From positions 298,096,001 to 298,160,000 of the forward strand of contig OZ024743.1 in the NCBI GenBank assembly GCA_964016885.1: DNA of 64,000 bases. Reading direction: 5' to 3'. The notes below the pieces were generated by a model. That model was not told the origin of the DNA and made no database searches. It saw nothing but the letters and a program-made list of their open reading frames with translations. Made by a program: the position numbers and the translations under genes. The DNA is from Eledone cirrhosa (lineage: Eukaryota). This document shows, one piece after another, positions 49,352-63,615 of the stretch; the stretch's first letter is position 1, and every line of letters begins with the position of its first letter.

Positions 49352-49512
49352 ATTTTATATCTGGGACATTTGCAAAAATCCAAACCCCATTTATAAGCTG
49401 AGGCAGCTAATCAACACATTGTTTAGATGGCATATAAGCGCCCCCCCCACCTCTATTTTACCATCAATCTTTTGGTCACATATTCCTTGGCTTATATTTG
49501 AGTATTTACAAT
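49271..49512. mobile_element. Tc1/mariner (Tc2-like) MITE, degenerate, with poly-C
   Basis: Paralog of 54698-54881. Confidence 0.75.
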
Positions 49513-49737
49513 ATATACCTCTAGATGGGCTGAGCCAGCACGTGTTATTGTTTCTCATTATGAGCATGTAACCCACATTCTAGGCATGGGGCCTTCTTCC
49601 AAACCCATTTTTTTAGAAGTTCTTTAAAAGTATTAAAAAGTATTAAAATAATGCTGCATTTAGCTTGGTTTTAGAATCGCTACACCATATCCCTATGTGT
49701 TGTAAGTGACAAATAAAAGGGATGGTGTCAGGAAAAT

Positions 49738-50110
49738 CTTCATCATCATCATAATCATCGTTTAACGTCCATTTTTCACACTAGCATGGGTTAGATGGGT
49801 CGTCCCATTTGATGTAAGTTGGATCAGATGACTGTTTCTTATTCATATAGGAATGTTTCTGTCTAGGTTTCTATGGATGAACGCCCTTTCTAATGCCAAC
49901 CACATTTACAGTGTGTGTTGGGTGCTTTTTGCCGTGACTCCTTTACAACCACTCTACAGTGTGGGCTGGGTGCTTTTTGTTGTAACACCTACACGACCAC
50001 TTTACAGTGTGTTGGATATATTTTGTTCACAGTGTAAGGGTGGTGTGGACAGGAGTAGTGGGTGGGAGTATAGTGTTAAGAGGTGCCTACTAGGTGTATG
50101 TTTGAGTCTG
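49738..50110 (-). mobile_element. RTE 3'UTR fragment
   Basis: (CAT)n, TTTAACGTCC..GCATGGG and three (T/C)TACAG modules on +. Confidence 0.8.
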
Positions 50111-50231
50111 TGTGCATAGGAAAGCATTCAGATATAAGACATTGTCTTAAATAATCCAGTTCAATCTATTTTGGTATAGAAACAAGGACAAAGGGAAAAG
50201 ATACTAACGGAAACTGTTTTCATTATTCTAG

Positions 50232-50422
50232 AACAATTGAATCGTTGTATGAGGAGTTGGTAACTGAACAGATCATTGTTCCACACCCAAAGGTTCAGCT
50301 TGATCGCTATATTGGTGACTACTGTTACCTGGGGACAATTCTACGTCAAACTGGTACTGAACCTATGCCAAGTCTTAGCGACATCAGAAGCATTATAACT
50401 TTATATGGAATATTGCCTCTTG
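50232..50422 (+). CDS. IQCA1: IQCA1/DRC11 exon 13
   Basis: ttctag|[11 protein letters not shown]...[14 protein letters not shown]...[20 protein letters not shown]|gtgagt. Confidence 0.96.
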
Positions 50423-50477
50423 GTGAGTTTTCTTTTATTTGTAGACTTTTGTTTTCTTTTTTATTTTTGTTTTCATA

Positions 50478-50892
50478 TGGTCCATCCTGTAAAGTGATCA
50501 TCCTGGTGTCACAACAAAAAGCACTCTGTAAAGAGGTCATGTCAGTGACACGACAAAAAGTACCCAGTCCATCCTGTAAAGTGGTCGGGCTGGTGACATG
50601 CCAAAAAGCACCCATTCCACTCTGTAAAGTGGTTGTGTTGGTAACATAACAAAAAGCACCCAGTCCAACCTGTCAGCTGGTTGTTTTGGTGCCAACATAA
50701 AAATTACCTAGTCCACACTGTAAATGTGGTTGGCATTAGGAAGGGCATCCAGCCATAGAAATCAAACCATAAACAGTTCCATGTGAGGAAGACACAGTCA
50801 CCTAACCTGACTTGTCTCACAACTGGATAACTCGTTTAACCCATGCTAGTGTGGAAAAATAGACGTTAAATGGTGATGATGATGATGATAAT
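50478..50892 (+). mobile_element. RTE 3'UTR fragment with six CTGTAAA-type modules
   Basis: ~48-bp tandem units then AGGAAGGGCATCC...CCCATGCTAG..GGAAAA..GACGTTAAA(GAT)n. Confidence 0.85.
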
Positions 50893-51973
50893 GTTTTTAA
50901 CTCTTTTTATACCAAACCACCTGAAACCGCCCTATGTTCTATATACAAAACTATTTATTTTAGTGTATTTATAAAAACTTCGCATTAAAATATATCTTGA
51001 AGTATGAAAGGGAAGCAACTTGTATTAGAATAAACTGAAAGCTAATTATTTCCCTTGATAACCGTAATTGTATGAGTTTTTAATTTAATAGATGAACTAT
51101 TGAATCCACGTCTTATATAATAGTTAAAGTATCACAAGAAGTGGTGGGTAAGCTATATTCACCTCCTTATAAGCTCGGACTATCAAAGTGAAGTTGAGAG
51201 TTTGATTCCCGGACTGGGCGATGCATTATATCCGTGAGCAAGACATTTTATTTCATGTTTCTATTTTTGCCATGAGTTGCCAGGAGTTGCCACTGAGACT
51301 CACAGAGGCAATGGCAATGGATAGTATCGGCCATGGAAAGACCAATGGGAACATTGTTTTCTTGGTCAGATTTGACATGTTCCATTACACTCGATAAGTG
51401 AATGAGGTCCGAGATCTTGTCCATCGGTTAAAATAGAATAGATTACATTTGTCATTGGTAGCTGCATGGAACATTCATTGAAATTTAGCATCATAGATCT
51501 CAAAAGCTGAATAGATGAAAGATGGGGCCTCCGTCGATTTGGACGATTACTATTGAGTGCTCCTGTCAATAGAACAACCTGTTTGTTAAATTAACATGTA
51601 GGTGGCTGATTATTCCACAGACATGACATGTGTACCCTCAACACAATTCTTTAGGAGATTCAGCATGATGCCATGCGTGACAAGGCTGGCCCTTTGAAAT
51701 GCTGACACAGTCCCTTAAAAAATGACATCTATCTACCTAATTCCACTCACAGATGAACTCCTCATAGTCAACTGCCATCTACTCCAACTATGAGTTAAAT
51801 AGCCTCACCAACCCACAATTGACCAAGTGTGGGGAGTACGGCTACACACCTGACATGACTAAAACCAAACAGAAATTGGTGGAGGTCAACCAGGTAGAGC
51901 CCCCCCTCCCCAATAGGAGTGAGAAGGCCCTGGATTGGATTGGATGATCATAAAGGTGTTAACAAGATGTTAA

Positions 51974-53100
<1,127 letters not shown>

Positions 53101-53204
53101 TCATTTGTTCTCAATTACATAGAAAGATGCTAGTAAAATCCACCAGTTTGTACAGTGGAATTATATAGTACATGCTGTAAGTGAAAGTTGCTTATTATTT
53201 ACAA

Positions 53205-53390
53205 GGGCGGTGGATTGGCAGTATCGGTAGAGCGTCGGACGTTCTCAGTTCAAATCCCGCTGAGGTTAGCTTTGCCTTTCATCCTCATGGGGTCGATAAA
53301 ATCAAGTGCCAATAACGCCCTGGAATCGATTTAATCGACTTTCCCCTTCCCCCATAGTTGTGGGCCTTGTGCCTAAATCGGAAAACATTG
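53205..53390 (+). mobile_element. tRNA-derived SINE family 1
   Basis: TGGCAGTATCGG A-box, GTTCAAATCC B-box, core and tail. Confidence 0.88.
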
Positions 53391-53599
53391 TTTACAATAA
53401 AAAAGTATCACGTTTATCCAACAATCTGCATCTTATGTTGGTTGTAAATAGTACGGTTTTGAACATTACACGGTCAGAAAATTCTGTTCATATGTAACGC
53501 AATCATCTCATGTAAGGGGGATAACCCTGAGTCATACAATTATTCTTTTCTTGAGTTTCCTCAACCTTCAGAGAACCTGACATTAAGCTTCCTCTAAAA

Positions 53600-54122
53600 C
53601 AGAGGTTCTCAAACTTTTGAGGCCACAGTCCCTTCACGGCCACGTAATACTCAGCCCCCAACCCTATTTCCAGAGAGACCTGCCTACACGCAAATTGTAA
53701 ATAATATATAATAAATAAATTCGTTAATTTATATAGAATAAATAATATAATTGTTTCTACTTTAGGCACAAGGCCAGCAATTACCCAGTGCTGGTACTTT
53801 ATTTTATCGACCCTGTAAGGATGAAAGGCAAAGTCAACCTCGGCGGGATTTGAACTCAGATCGTAAAGGGACGTAACTATGCTGGAAAGCATGGCGTCCT
53901 ACCCTCTACTGATACTGCCAATCCACAGCAATAAATAATATAATATATACTATGTATAAATAAATATATATTTTTTATTTTACTATATTTATATATATGT
54001 ATCATTTGATATTTATTGTACTATTTATTATCTCTTCCGCCCACACTGCCCCTTAGGCCCCAGAGCCGCCTGGACCTTCTCAACGACCCCGGGGGTGGTA
54101 GCGCCCATTTTGAGAACTTCTG
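53600..54122. mobile_element. hAT (Charlie-like) MITE with nested SINE (53750-53930, minus)
   Basis: Perfect 8-bp TSD CTCTAAAA (53592-99; 54123-30); TIR CAGAGGTTCTCAAA / TTTGAGAACTTCTG. Confidence 0.93.
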
Positions 54123-54697
54123 CTCTAAAATATCAATCATGGGAATGGGAGTAGTTTTGTTCTGGCTGTAAAATCTCTCTCGAAGACTCTGCTTTTGTGT
54201 TGTGTGGAGTGTGTATGTGTGTCAGTGTGTGTGCGTGCGCATGGTGTGTAAAATGATGATATATATATATATATTATATATATTATATATATATATATAT
54301 ATACATGCATTTATATTTACTTGTTTAGTCAGAGAAGAAAGAGGAATATCCATGATCCTTTTAAAGACCTTCTAGTGAGAATGTTTTAGTACTTCATTTA
54401 CGTAGAATTTTGAAGTTTGTGAAAATCGGCAAAATATTGATCTCAAATATCAGCTGACCACACATTTTACCATCGATTTTTGTTTGTCACATATTTCTTT
54501 GTTTATATACCAGTATATACTGTAAATCATCTTACACAACTTGCACTGCAAACTTCTGTATCATGATATTTTAGTTGGGTACAGTCGGAAATTCTGTTTC
54601 AAATTCAATGCTTCTCTTCATGGTCAGGGTTTTGATATTTTGTCAAGTACTTTGTGTAATGAACCCACTGTATATTTTTGATTCTGATTCAAACTTA

Positions 54698-54881
54698 CCG
54701 TATATACTCGAATATAAGTCGACCCCCATTTTATGCCTGAGAAATGGCAAAAATCCAAATCCCATTTATAAGCCAAGCAGTTAACCAACACAGTGTTTAG
54801 ATGGTGTATATTAGCCGACTTCCCATTTTACCATCAACTTTTTGGTCTCATATTTCTCGACTTATATTCGAGTATATACGG
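54698..54881. mobile_element. Tc1/mariner (Tc2-like) MITE
   Basis: TA TSD; perfect 25-bp TIR CCGTATATACTCGAATATAAGTCGA. Confidence 0.92.
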
Positions 54882-55006
54882 TACTTCAACTATGTTGTTA
54901 ATACTGCTGTTAAATTGTTAACATTAATTCATTTCTTTCAGATATCTCTCTCCCGCTTTACGATATCCAATTCCTATTTCTACTATTGCCTCAATCCGAT
55001 TTGTAG

Positions 55007-55090
55007 GTTGGACGAGCCCTGCAACCCAGTGTGATTTATGTTGCAGATTGTGAGAAAATGGTCAAAAAGAAGGTATCCAAATCAGACCCT
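55007..55090 (+). CDS. IQCA1: IQCA1/DRC11 exon 15 (Walker B-like)
   Basis: ttgtag|VGRALQPSVIYVADCEKMVKKKVSKSDP|gttagt; an alternative in-frame donor AAG|gtatcc after 55072 is possible. Confidence 0.88.
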
Positions 55091-55774
55091 GTTAGTATAG
55101 CACTTTGTTAGTGTTTTTTGTTTCCTTTCAAAATTGTATAGCTCAGTTTCAAGTTATCTCCCTTGTTTCTCTACACCAACTACACCATTTCTAGACTAGA
55201 AATGAAAACATTTCTATGTCATTTAGTTTGTACCCCTGACATCTTCAACAAATTTTCAACAAATATCCCTCGTATTTCTATGCCAGCTACATCATTTCTA
55301 GAATAGAAATGAAGGAGTTTCTATGTTATCATTTGATTTGTAGCCCTGACAAATCTCCTTCAACAAGGCTCCTACCACTTTTAAGATAAGGAACACGTTT
55401 TAAGTTTGTCTTAAGTATGAAGATAGCAATCCAACAACAAGATGGGATGATCATTACTAAAATTGTTTCAATTGATCAGAAACTTCTGTTCCAAATTTGA
55501 CCAGGTATGTTTCAGAAGAACTAAGCTTCATCAAAGGTATTTCACAACAATTACAGCATTTTCTGTTTTGTATTTACTGTTTATTTTGCATGGTGACTTT
55601 TCTGGTGGAGAATTGGCAGAGTTGTTAGAACAGAGGTATTTGTATTGTCTCTTCATGTTCTGAGTTCAAATCCCACTGAGATCAACTTAGCTTTTCATCA
55701 ATTTTGGGACAATAAAAAAATAACAATCCAGAATGGAGTGTTACCACAACTACCACCACAATGGTAGTTGTGGT

Positions 55775-56545
55775 AACAAAGGGCCTTAAAGTAAACCTTA
55801 CTAAAGTTTTAGTAAGTAGGAAAAAACCGCCAGGGAAATAACCATGCTCAAAATGTAGAAAAGATATAGACAGGGACTTCAATAGATGCTTAAGAGTTGT
55901 AGTGAGTTCATGGGAAGGCTGACAGAGAAGGTAGTTAAAATACATTCGTTCAAATGCTCAGCAAGCCCATTAGAAGTAGCTAATAGCTTTTATTATCTAG
56001 GTGACCCCATTAGTAGAGGGGGAGGATTTATGAAAAGCATTTTAGTCAGAGTGAAAACAGGATGGAAGTTTAGGGAGCTGTTACCAATGCTGGCAACAAA
56101 AGACTCCTCTCTCAGAGTGAAGGGCAGATTATATGATACTTCTGTTTGAACTGCTATGCTACATAGTAATGAGATATGAACCATAAGTACAAAGGATTTG
56201 CAAAGATTGGAAGAAATGAGGTGAGCATGTTCCACTGGATATGTAATGTTAGTGTGCATGAACAACAACATACAAGTGACCTGCAAGAAAAGCTAAGTAT
56301 TAGAGGAATTGGGTTTTGTTTGCAAGGGAGGCAATTGTACTGGCAGGGAGAGGTGATACATAAGGAGAATGAGAGTTGTATAAAAAGGTGCTGAGCATTT
56401 GTATTAGACAGAACCTGTGAAAGATGGAGACCAAGGAAGGCATGGAACAAAGTCATGAAGAATGAACCTCACAAGGGAGATGAAACAAGATCAAGTTGAC
56501 TGGTGACTTGCTGTGTAAGAAAAGATCTGTTCATCAGTACAAGCA
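55775..56545 (+). mobile_element. Old RTE fragment
   Basis: KGLKVN, GK.PCS.C remnant, FYYLGD, RVKGRLYD. Confidence 0.85.
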
Positions 56546-57014
56546 CTGCAATGCTAAAAGTAAATGTGATGAGAGATCTGAGACCACATGAAGTGGAGAG
56601 AGACCTTTTGATCTGCAGTAGATGAGACAACCTCTAGTGTTGCTATCACAATAGAACATACATACCCAGTAACACTTGTAAAGTGGTGGATAAACAAACT
56701 AAGACAATGCAATGTAGATAACTCCTCTAGTGTTGGTGCCTGATAAAATTCACTCAGTACACCCTGTAAAATTGGTGACAATAAAAGGCAACCAGTACAC
56801 TCTGTAAAGTGGTAGTGCTGGTGCCATTATAAAATGCACTCAGTAAACTCAATAAAGTGGCTGGTGTTAGAAAGGGCTTCCAGCCATAGAAACCATGCCA
56901 AAATATGGAATGTAGGAGCCTGCATACCAGCATGGAAATCAGATGTTAAATGACAATGATAATGATAACATCAGTGATAAAACTCCAGCTCTCCACAAAA
57001 TTTATTTTCGGTGA

Positions 57015-58282
57015 GGTAACTACAAGAGAAGTTCTTACCCCAAAATAAGCCACTATACCTAGCTTTCATTAATCTAGAAAAGGCCTTTGACAGAGTACCT
57101 CAATCTATTATCTGGTGGTTCTTAAAGACATTAGGTGTAAAAGAATGGTTGGTGAGAGCAGTGAAAGCCATGTACAGAGGAGCTGTCAGCAAAGTGAGAG
57201 AAGGAAATGAGTTTAGTGAGGAACTCAAGGTGCAAGTAGGAGTTCAACAAGGTTCAGTTCTTAGCCCACTACTATTCATTATAGTCCTTCAGGCTATAAC
57301 AAATGAGTTTAAGAATGGCTGCCCATGGGAACTTCTCTATCAGATGATCTGGTCCTTATAGTCAAATCCATTAAAGAACTAAAAAATAAGTTTTGCCTAT
57401 AGAAACAGAATTTAGAATCAAAAGGCCTGAGAGTAAACTTAGCCAAGTAGGAGAGAAGATAGGACCCTGATTCCTTCAGGAAAGTGGCACTGCTCAATAT
57501 GTAGAAAAGGAGTAGGTATAAACTATACATGATGTACACAATGTAAATCTTGAGTACTCAAGAGATGTAGTGGGATAACAAGTAGGCCAACAGGAAGGGA
57601 AGACTTTGTTTGTAGAAGATGCACAGGGGAAGATAACCAGTGATGTAAGCCTATTCCAGTCACAGGAAGGACCCATAGATGTGGTTGATAGCTTCAGCTA
57701 TCTAGGCAATGTAATTAGCAATGGAGGAGTGTGCTCTGAGAGCATAATAGCTAGAATAAGGAAAAAGTTCAGAGAGCTACTCCCACTGTTGATCAAAAAA
57801 GGTTTCTCCCTACGTACAAAAAGACGACTGTATGATACTTGTGTGCGATGCTGCATGATAGTGAAACATGGGCTGTGACTGTGGAGGACATGAGTAGACT
57901 CGAGAGAAATGAAGCAACCATGCTCTGTTGGATGTGTAATGTAAGTGTGAGAGAGAGGCAGAGCTTGAACAAGTTGAAGGAGAAGCTGGGTTTAAAGAGA
58001 AATCTGAGGTGATGTGCAGAAGAGCACACTGCATTGGTTTGGATATGTGATGCAAATGGACAATGGTTGTTAAGTGAAGAAGTGCTAGGAAATGTCAGTG
58101 GAAGGGAGTCATGGAAGAGGTAGACCAAGAAAGGCCTGGGCAGAGGTTGTGGGAGCTGACCTGGATCACTGAGACTCACAGAGGCAATGACAAAGGATTA
58201 TGATGTGTGGAGAGCTGATGTGCTGAGAAGCACTTGTCCAATCCATGCAAGCATGGAAAAGCGGATGTAAAAATGATGATTG
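57015..58282 (+). mobile_element. Old RTE fragment
   Basis: LEKAFDRVP, GVQQGSVLSP, decayed PHD, FSYLG, short 3' end CCATGCAAGCATGGAAAA. Confidence 0.88.
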
Positions 58283-60104
58283 ATGCTGGAACCATTTACA
58301 TTATTTTTTCACAAATTATTATAAGTTTGGTATACTGCAAGTTCAATGTAAATGGCTGCTGCTTTTTAAAATGTGTCTCATAACTTAATTAAGTAAGCAT
58401 TCATCTTAAAATGTTTTAGTAAAATATAAGGATTGGGAGGACCATTTAGTTATGTCAAGGAAATGACAGCCTCCCTAGTGCTGGTGATCTTCACAATAAA
58501 AGCACCCAGTACATACCATAAAGTAGTTGGTGTTAGGAAGGGCATCTAGCCATAGAAATCTTGCCAAACAAAGGGTTGGAAGAACCCTTTAGTTGTGTCA
58601 TGGGCATAACAACCTCCCTAGTGCTGGTGATATAACACAATAAAAGCACCCAGTAAATATTGAAAACTGTTTGGTGTGAGGAAGGGCATCCAGCCGTAGA
58701 AAGCTTGCCAAACAAGGGGTTGTGAGGACCCTTCAGTTGTGTCAAAGACATGACAACTTCTCTACACTTGATATGACTGTATGTAGGTGGGATATAGACC
58801 CCTCGGCCTGTCTGGGAGGTCTGTAACCCTGCTTCAGTACTGACTTGGTCTACATAGACCTGTCCAACCCTTGCTAGCAGGGAAAGTACACATTAAATGA
58901 TTATGATGACAATGATGAGGATAACGATAAAAAGTGTCTTTTGTTCTTCTATAATATTACATTGAGTTTTCAATCAAGTCCATTTTTTGTCTTTGTTTCC
59001 TACATTCTACATGCCACTCTAAATTACAAGCAACATTTGTAGAATTTGGCTGACAAAAAAAAACAAACAAAAAAAACTGTTGCTTTTGCTTGTTTTTGTG
59101 TTTTTAGTTTTGACTTAATCAGCATTATGGAAATATTTTCCAATGACCTCATTACAGAATCCCTGTATCAAATGAAATTGATGAGATGCTTGCAAGTCTC
59201 AATGGATTTTAACTTTGTAGCTTTTCTAATAATTCTTTGACAACAGAAAAATTCTAACATTCTTTTACCAAAAGTTGTCCAGCTCAGTAGCTTTTATGAA
59301 AACATTTAAAAAAAAAAAAATTTTTTTGTGAAAGTATTCTTATTTTTGTTTGTTTTAGGCACACTTTTTAAAAATATTTAATCAAATACATTATGGGACT
59401 TATACTGACATTATTATGAAGGTTATGTTTATTATAATAGACATACATTACTGCTGTGGCACTGTGGCTATTATATAATTATACAATTGGTCAATCTCCA
59501 GACTTGATTCAAATTCATCTCAAGCAATGGAATCAAATCAAATCCTCATGTACTTTCCTTCTTCACATCCATAAATAAAACATCTAAGATTGTGATTGAA
59601 TGCTTCCCTCCCATCTGCAAAAAATAAAAAATAATGAAACACTGCCATTAGACTAGCTTGGTATAGAAATTATTAATTTTTGTAAGCTGACATAGGATGA
59701 AACAGAATTCAGGTATATATTGAAACTAAGTATGGATGAAGATATAAGAGATATGTAAGAAATAGAATATAAATTGAGTAACTACTGAGAATAGAAACTA
59801 TATCTTTTAGTGTTTATATGCATGTGTGTTTGGAGTATATCATGTAGTGATAGTAAATTCTTAGTAAAAAATTTTGCTTTGCTTTTAAGAATTATTTTCA
59901 CTTATGTTTAATGTTTAATTTGTATTTTAGCATTCTTGCATGTTGGTAATAGGAATGAAAACTTAGCAAAATCCTCTTAAATACAGAAATGTTGAGGAGA
60001 TGAGAATTAGATTCAGTAGACATGAAAAGAAGAGAAACACTGTTTAACAAATGTAATTAGAATTTGGATAAATCCTGCCATTTTAGAAGAGCAGATTACA
60101 CTTA

Positions 60105-61305
60105 GAACATAGAATTTGTTGGTGGACAAGTAGTTATTGGTAGACAATGAGGAACTGCTTTAGCCTTCGCAAATTCATATTTATGCTGCATGGTGCACCT
60201 TGACACTTTCTTGCAGATCATCTCAGTGAATTCGATGCCACCATTTGACATTGTACAGAACTCATCAACAATGTTAGTTTCAAAAGTGCCAGCTGGCAAC
60301 AGCCAAAGTTCCCCATGATGTTCGTTGGCCTCTGCCCCTGAACTGCATTGGATCTGGCATTGCCGACCTACCTCTGCCCAATCTCCTCCAGTCACACCAT
60401 CATCAGCAAGGTCTTCAGCAAGATGGCAGAACATGATGTGGCTCAAGAACTGGAATTAGCTCTAGCTGACTGAACCGGTGAAGGTCTCTCTGTTCTCCAG
60501 TATACAAATTTCCAATGTAACTAGCATAACATCAAGTGCATGTCTACCATCAAGTAGATTGAGTCTTGCTTGGACCAACACCACGTCACCAGCCTCCATT
60601 CCACTTTGCACCCAAACAGTGCCTTCCTCGTCAACTGATACCCTTCTTGATGAGGAATGCAGTCACATTGGAGTGACCCAATGCCTTGGCCTCAGTGTGT
60701 GTGAGCCAGACAAATGCTGTTGTGGAGCTCTCACCGGTAAGTTCCGCCTGCACCCACTATTATGCCACCAGAGTGCAGGCTGGTTTCTCTGACATGTTGC
60801 TCTAAATGACTTAATGAGAAGGAGTGTAGATGTAGCCAGCTTCCCATCACAACTAGAGCCATCAAGCCTTGATGGTGGAGATGGCAAGTGCCCCAACAAA
60901 ATTTCCCTCTTTCCATTTGAGGGAAGTAAATCCCTTAGCAGAGACATGACATGCTGTGACACATTCTCCAGCTCCAACCTAATCGCTTTGGCCACAAACC
61001 CCAGTACTGTAGCCTGTAATGCAGAGGAGAGGAAGATAAGAAAATACAGGGGCTTGTCTTGCTGCTTCCTCTTTCCACAGGTTGCCATCAAGATCTCAGG
61101 CTTCCTTAGACCCCATACATCTGACCTCTTCCGAGAAACTGGAATGACAGTAAGCTGTCTGAGGAAGGAGCTCCGTGATGTAGGGTGGCTGTTGCAGCAG
61201 ATATTGCTGGCCATTGTCCTCGGCAATGCCTTTACCATTTTGTCCACAGGGCACAGCCAAAACATCACTCAGAAAAGGAGGGAAAGGGCAAGAATTATTA
61301 GGTAA
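60105..61305 (+). mobile_element. CRE-clade non-LTR retrotransposon relic (C-terminal zinc finger + restriction-like endonuclease)
   Basis: WQQPKFPMMFVGL..ALDLALPTYL; KCCCG...HPLLC...HVALND; LEPSSL..GDGKCP; D.TC.DT; AEERKIRKY; AIVLGNA. Confidence 0.75.
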
Positions 61306-61480
61306 CAAACGAAAGAAAAGGAGAGAGGAGAGTGACAGAGTCAACACTCCTTTTCTTTCTTTTGTTACTTAATAATGCTTGCCCTTTCCCTCCTATTCCT
61401 CTCATTTATAGTCTTTTGCAATACTACTTTCTTTTTCTTTATATTTGACTAAATATTAATTTATTTATTATTTTTATGTA

Positions 61481-61630
61481 CCATAATTCCCGGCGCCGAA
61501 GACGCTTCATCCTTGACAACCAAAATGTTGAAAAAAAAATAATAAACAACCTTCAGCCTCCAGGACACAGGATAGATTTTTGAGACTTATATTAGGAAAA
61601 GAGTAGCGTCTTCGACACTGGGAAATACGG
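61481..61630. mobile_element. TA-flanked MITE (Tc2-like)
   Basis: CCATAATTCCCGGCGCCGAAGACGCT versus reverse complement CCGTATTTCCCAGTGTCGAAGACGCT. Confidence 0.75.
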
Positions 61631-62305
61631 TAATTTTATCCTAGAAATAAATTAAGGATTATTGATCATATGGATAAAGTATGTTGTTTTGTAAGCTGTC
61701 TGGAAGATTTCTGTGAGTTGTTGCTGCTGTTTAGCTCTTGGGTAACTTTGATTCATTGATATGCTCCAACTTGCAGGTCATATCATGAGAGGCAATGAAC
61801 CTGCTACAAAACCTTTACTATGGGAGCTCACTAATGTAAAACACAAACATGAAAGACCTCTCAAGATATTAAAGAGAGTCATTGAGGAAGATACAAAACT
61901 ATTCGGTGATGAACTGAGGCAGCTAATGTTTGATCATGTGAGATGGAAAGGTTTTATCATGTCACTACAGAGAATTGGATGAATTTAGTAGTAGTAGTAA
62001 CTTTGAGCATACCTATGATCAAACTCATTCCAACCATTACCAATGTATATTTTGAGGGTATCTAAGACTACTTTATCAAATATGGCCTTCCCTTTTTTAA
62101 GATGTTAGGTTTTTATTAAAAGGGGGTTTTGCTATTTTTATCCAGTCAAGTAACTACAGAAGCTCCTTTGTTGGTTTTTTCATTTAAGTAAATGTGTGAA
62201 GTGTATGAACAATACAGCATTTGGTTTAGAGTCTTTGGTTCTATATCATTGAAAAGGGCTGATGTTTCCATAACTAATGCTTTAACTTTTGTGTATTTCA
62301 TGTAG

Positions 62306-62483
62306 ACCAATCCAAAACGTTTGGCAAAAGAGCTGCCAAAATTTATCAAGACTATCAAACCAGAAGATCGCCTACTGCTAGTTGGAATATCTAATAGCCC
62401 ATATGAAGGAGATATGAAACCAATGTCCAATCTCTACCAGAAGATTATTCTAATCCCAAGACCTGACTACACATCTCGTTACT
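62306..62483 (+). CDS. IQCA1: IQCA1/DRC11 exon 16 (gene continues past window)
   Basis: atgtag|TNPKRLAKELPK...KPEDRLLLVG...YQKIILIPRPDYTSRY-T|gtgagc; no stop reached. Confidence 0.95.
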
Positions 62484-63379
62484 GTGAGCAAGAAATATAT
62501 AGCTTTCTTTCCTTCTTTCTTTCTTTCTTTCTTTCTTTCTTTTTTTCTTTCGTCGCACCCTCATTTACTTCTGCTCTTGTTATTCCTCTCCTCTTACTTT
62601 TGCTTATCTTTGGTTTTCCTTCATTTAGGGTTGATAAAACAAAGTACCAGCTAAAGATAGTAGATTGGTAGAAATATGAGAACATTGTTTAAGATGTTTT
62701 ATGTTATTTATTCTTGTGTGGTAAACTTGACTCATCAGTTGGTTTGATGCCCTACCCACTCTTGTTCCTTGCATGTCCTTAGCAGAGTCCATTCTGTTGC
62801 TAGCATTTGGATCAAGTCTCTAGTTTGATGATAAGTTCCTCCCTTCCTCTCACAAGTTCCAGAAGCTCTGATGGAATAAAAGCTCTTGTGTGCTGACCTT
62901 CTACCCATGACTAAAGTAATAAAAAGAAAAAATAAAGTTTTCTTTCTCTTCACCTCCTTCTTAAACTTCTCCAGAGGCAACCTGGTGCATTCGGTGACTT
63001 ACCCAGGCTTTGCTGCTCATTAGGACAAAGAGGGCAAACTGTTCAAATATCGGTCACTTTCCAATAGGATAGTGTGGTCAAACATGTAGCAGTGGAGAAT
63101 CCTGGTGTTCTTGATCCCTCTACCACCACCCTACTCAAGCCCCATGATTTGGAATGGCTATTTCAACACATCTCCTTCACCATCCTTTGAGGCAATATTT
63201 TCTTCATTCTGTCTGCTGGGATAATGAGACGGCCTGCACATAGGGCTTCCACACACAAGAGAATGCTTCCTCACACAATCTGGACCCGCATCACTGGGGT
63301 AATGATCTTAGGGGCTCTTTAGAAGAAAAGTGCCTTCTCTTCTGCCTAATACTATAAAACATTTTATATATATTCTTCT

Positions 63380-63615
63380 TACTACGACCCCCACCAATAA
63401 TGTCAACATCATTAATCTAGTCGTCATAATTATCATCATCATCATTGATATCATCACTGTCACCATCCCCACCATCTTAATCATCAACTGTCATCATCAT
63501 CTACATGCACTTTTCTGCTGTTTTGTTACCACCACCACCACCACCACCACCACCACCACCACAACAACAACAACAACACCACCACCAACAACAACAACAA
63601 CAACAACAACAACAA
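63380..63615. repeat. (CAT)n/(CAC)n/(CAA)n microsatellite
   Basis: Direct reading. Confidence 0.95.

Noticed and set aside
50478-50730. Regularly spaced ~48-bp repeats resembling a CRISPR array
   Set aside because: The 'spacers' are homologous to each other, there are no cas genes, the context is a eukaryotic intron, and the unit is the RTE 3'UTR module
55495-55545. Minus-strand TTGATGA...GAAAC...GTC hammerhead-like string
   Set aside because: C3 is altered and stems I and II are too weak
60663-61268. 201-aa minus-strand ORF as a nested gene
   Set aside because: Antisense shadow of the plus-strand CRE-like relic; no recognisable motif
62720-63330. Possible old LINE fragment on the minus strand (NSLP..FK-like remnant)
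   Set aside because: Too decayed to assign by eye
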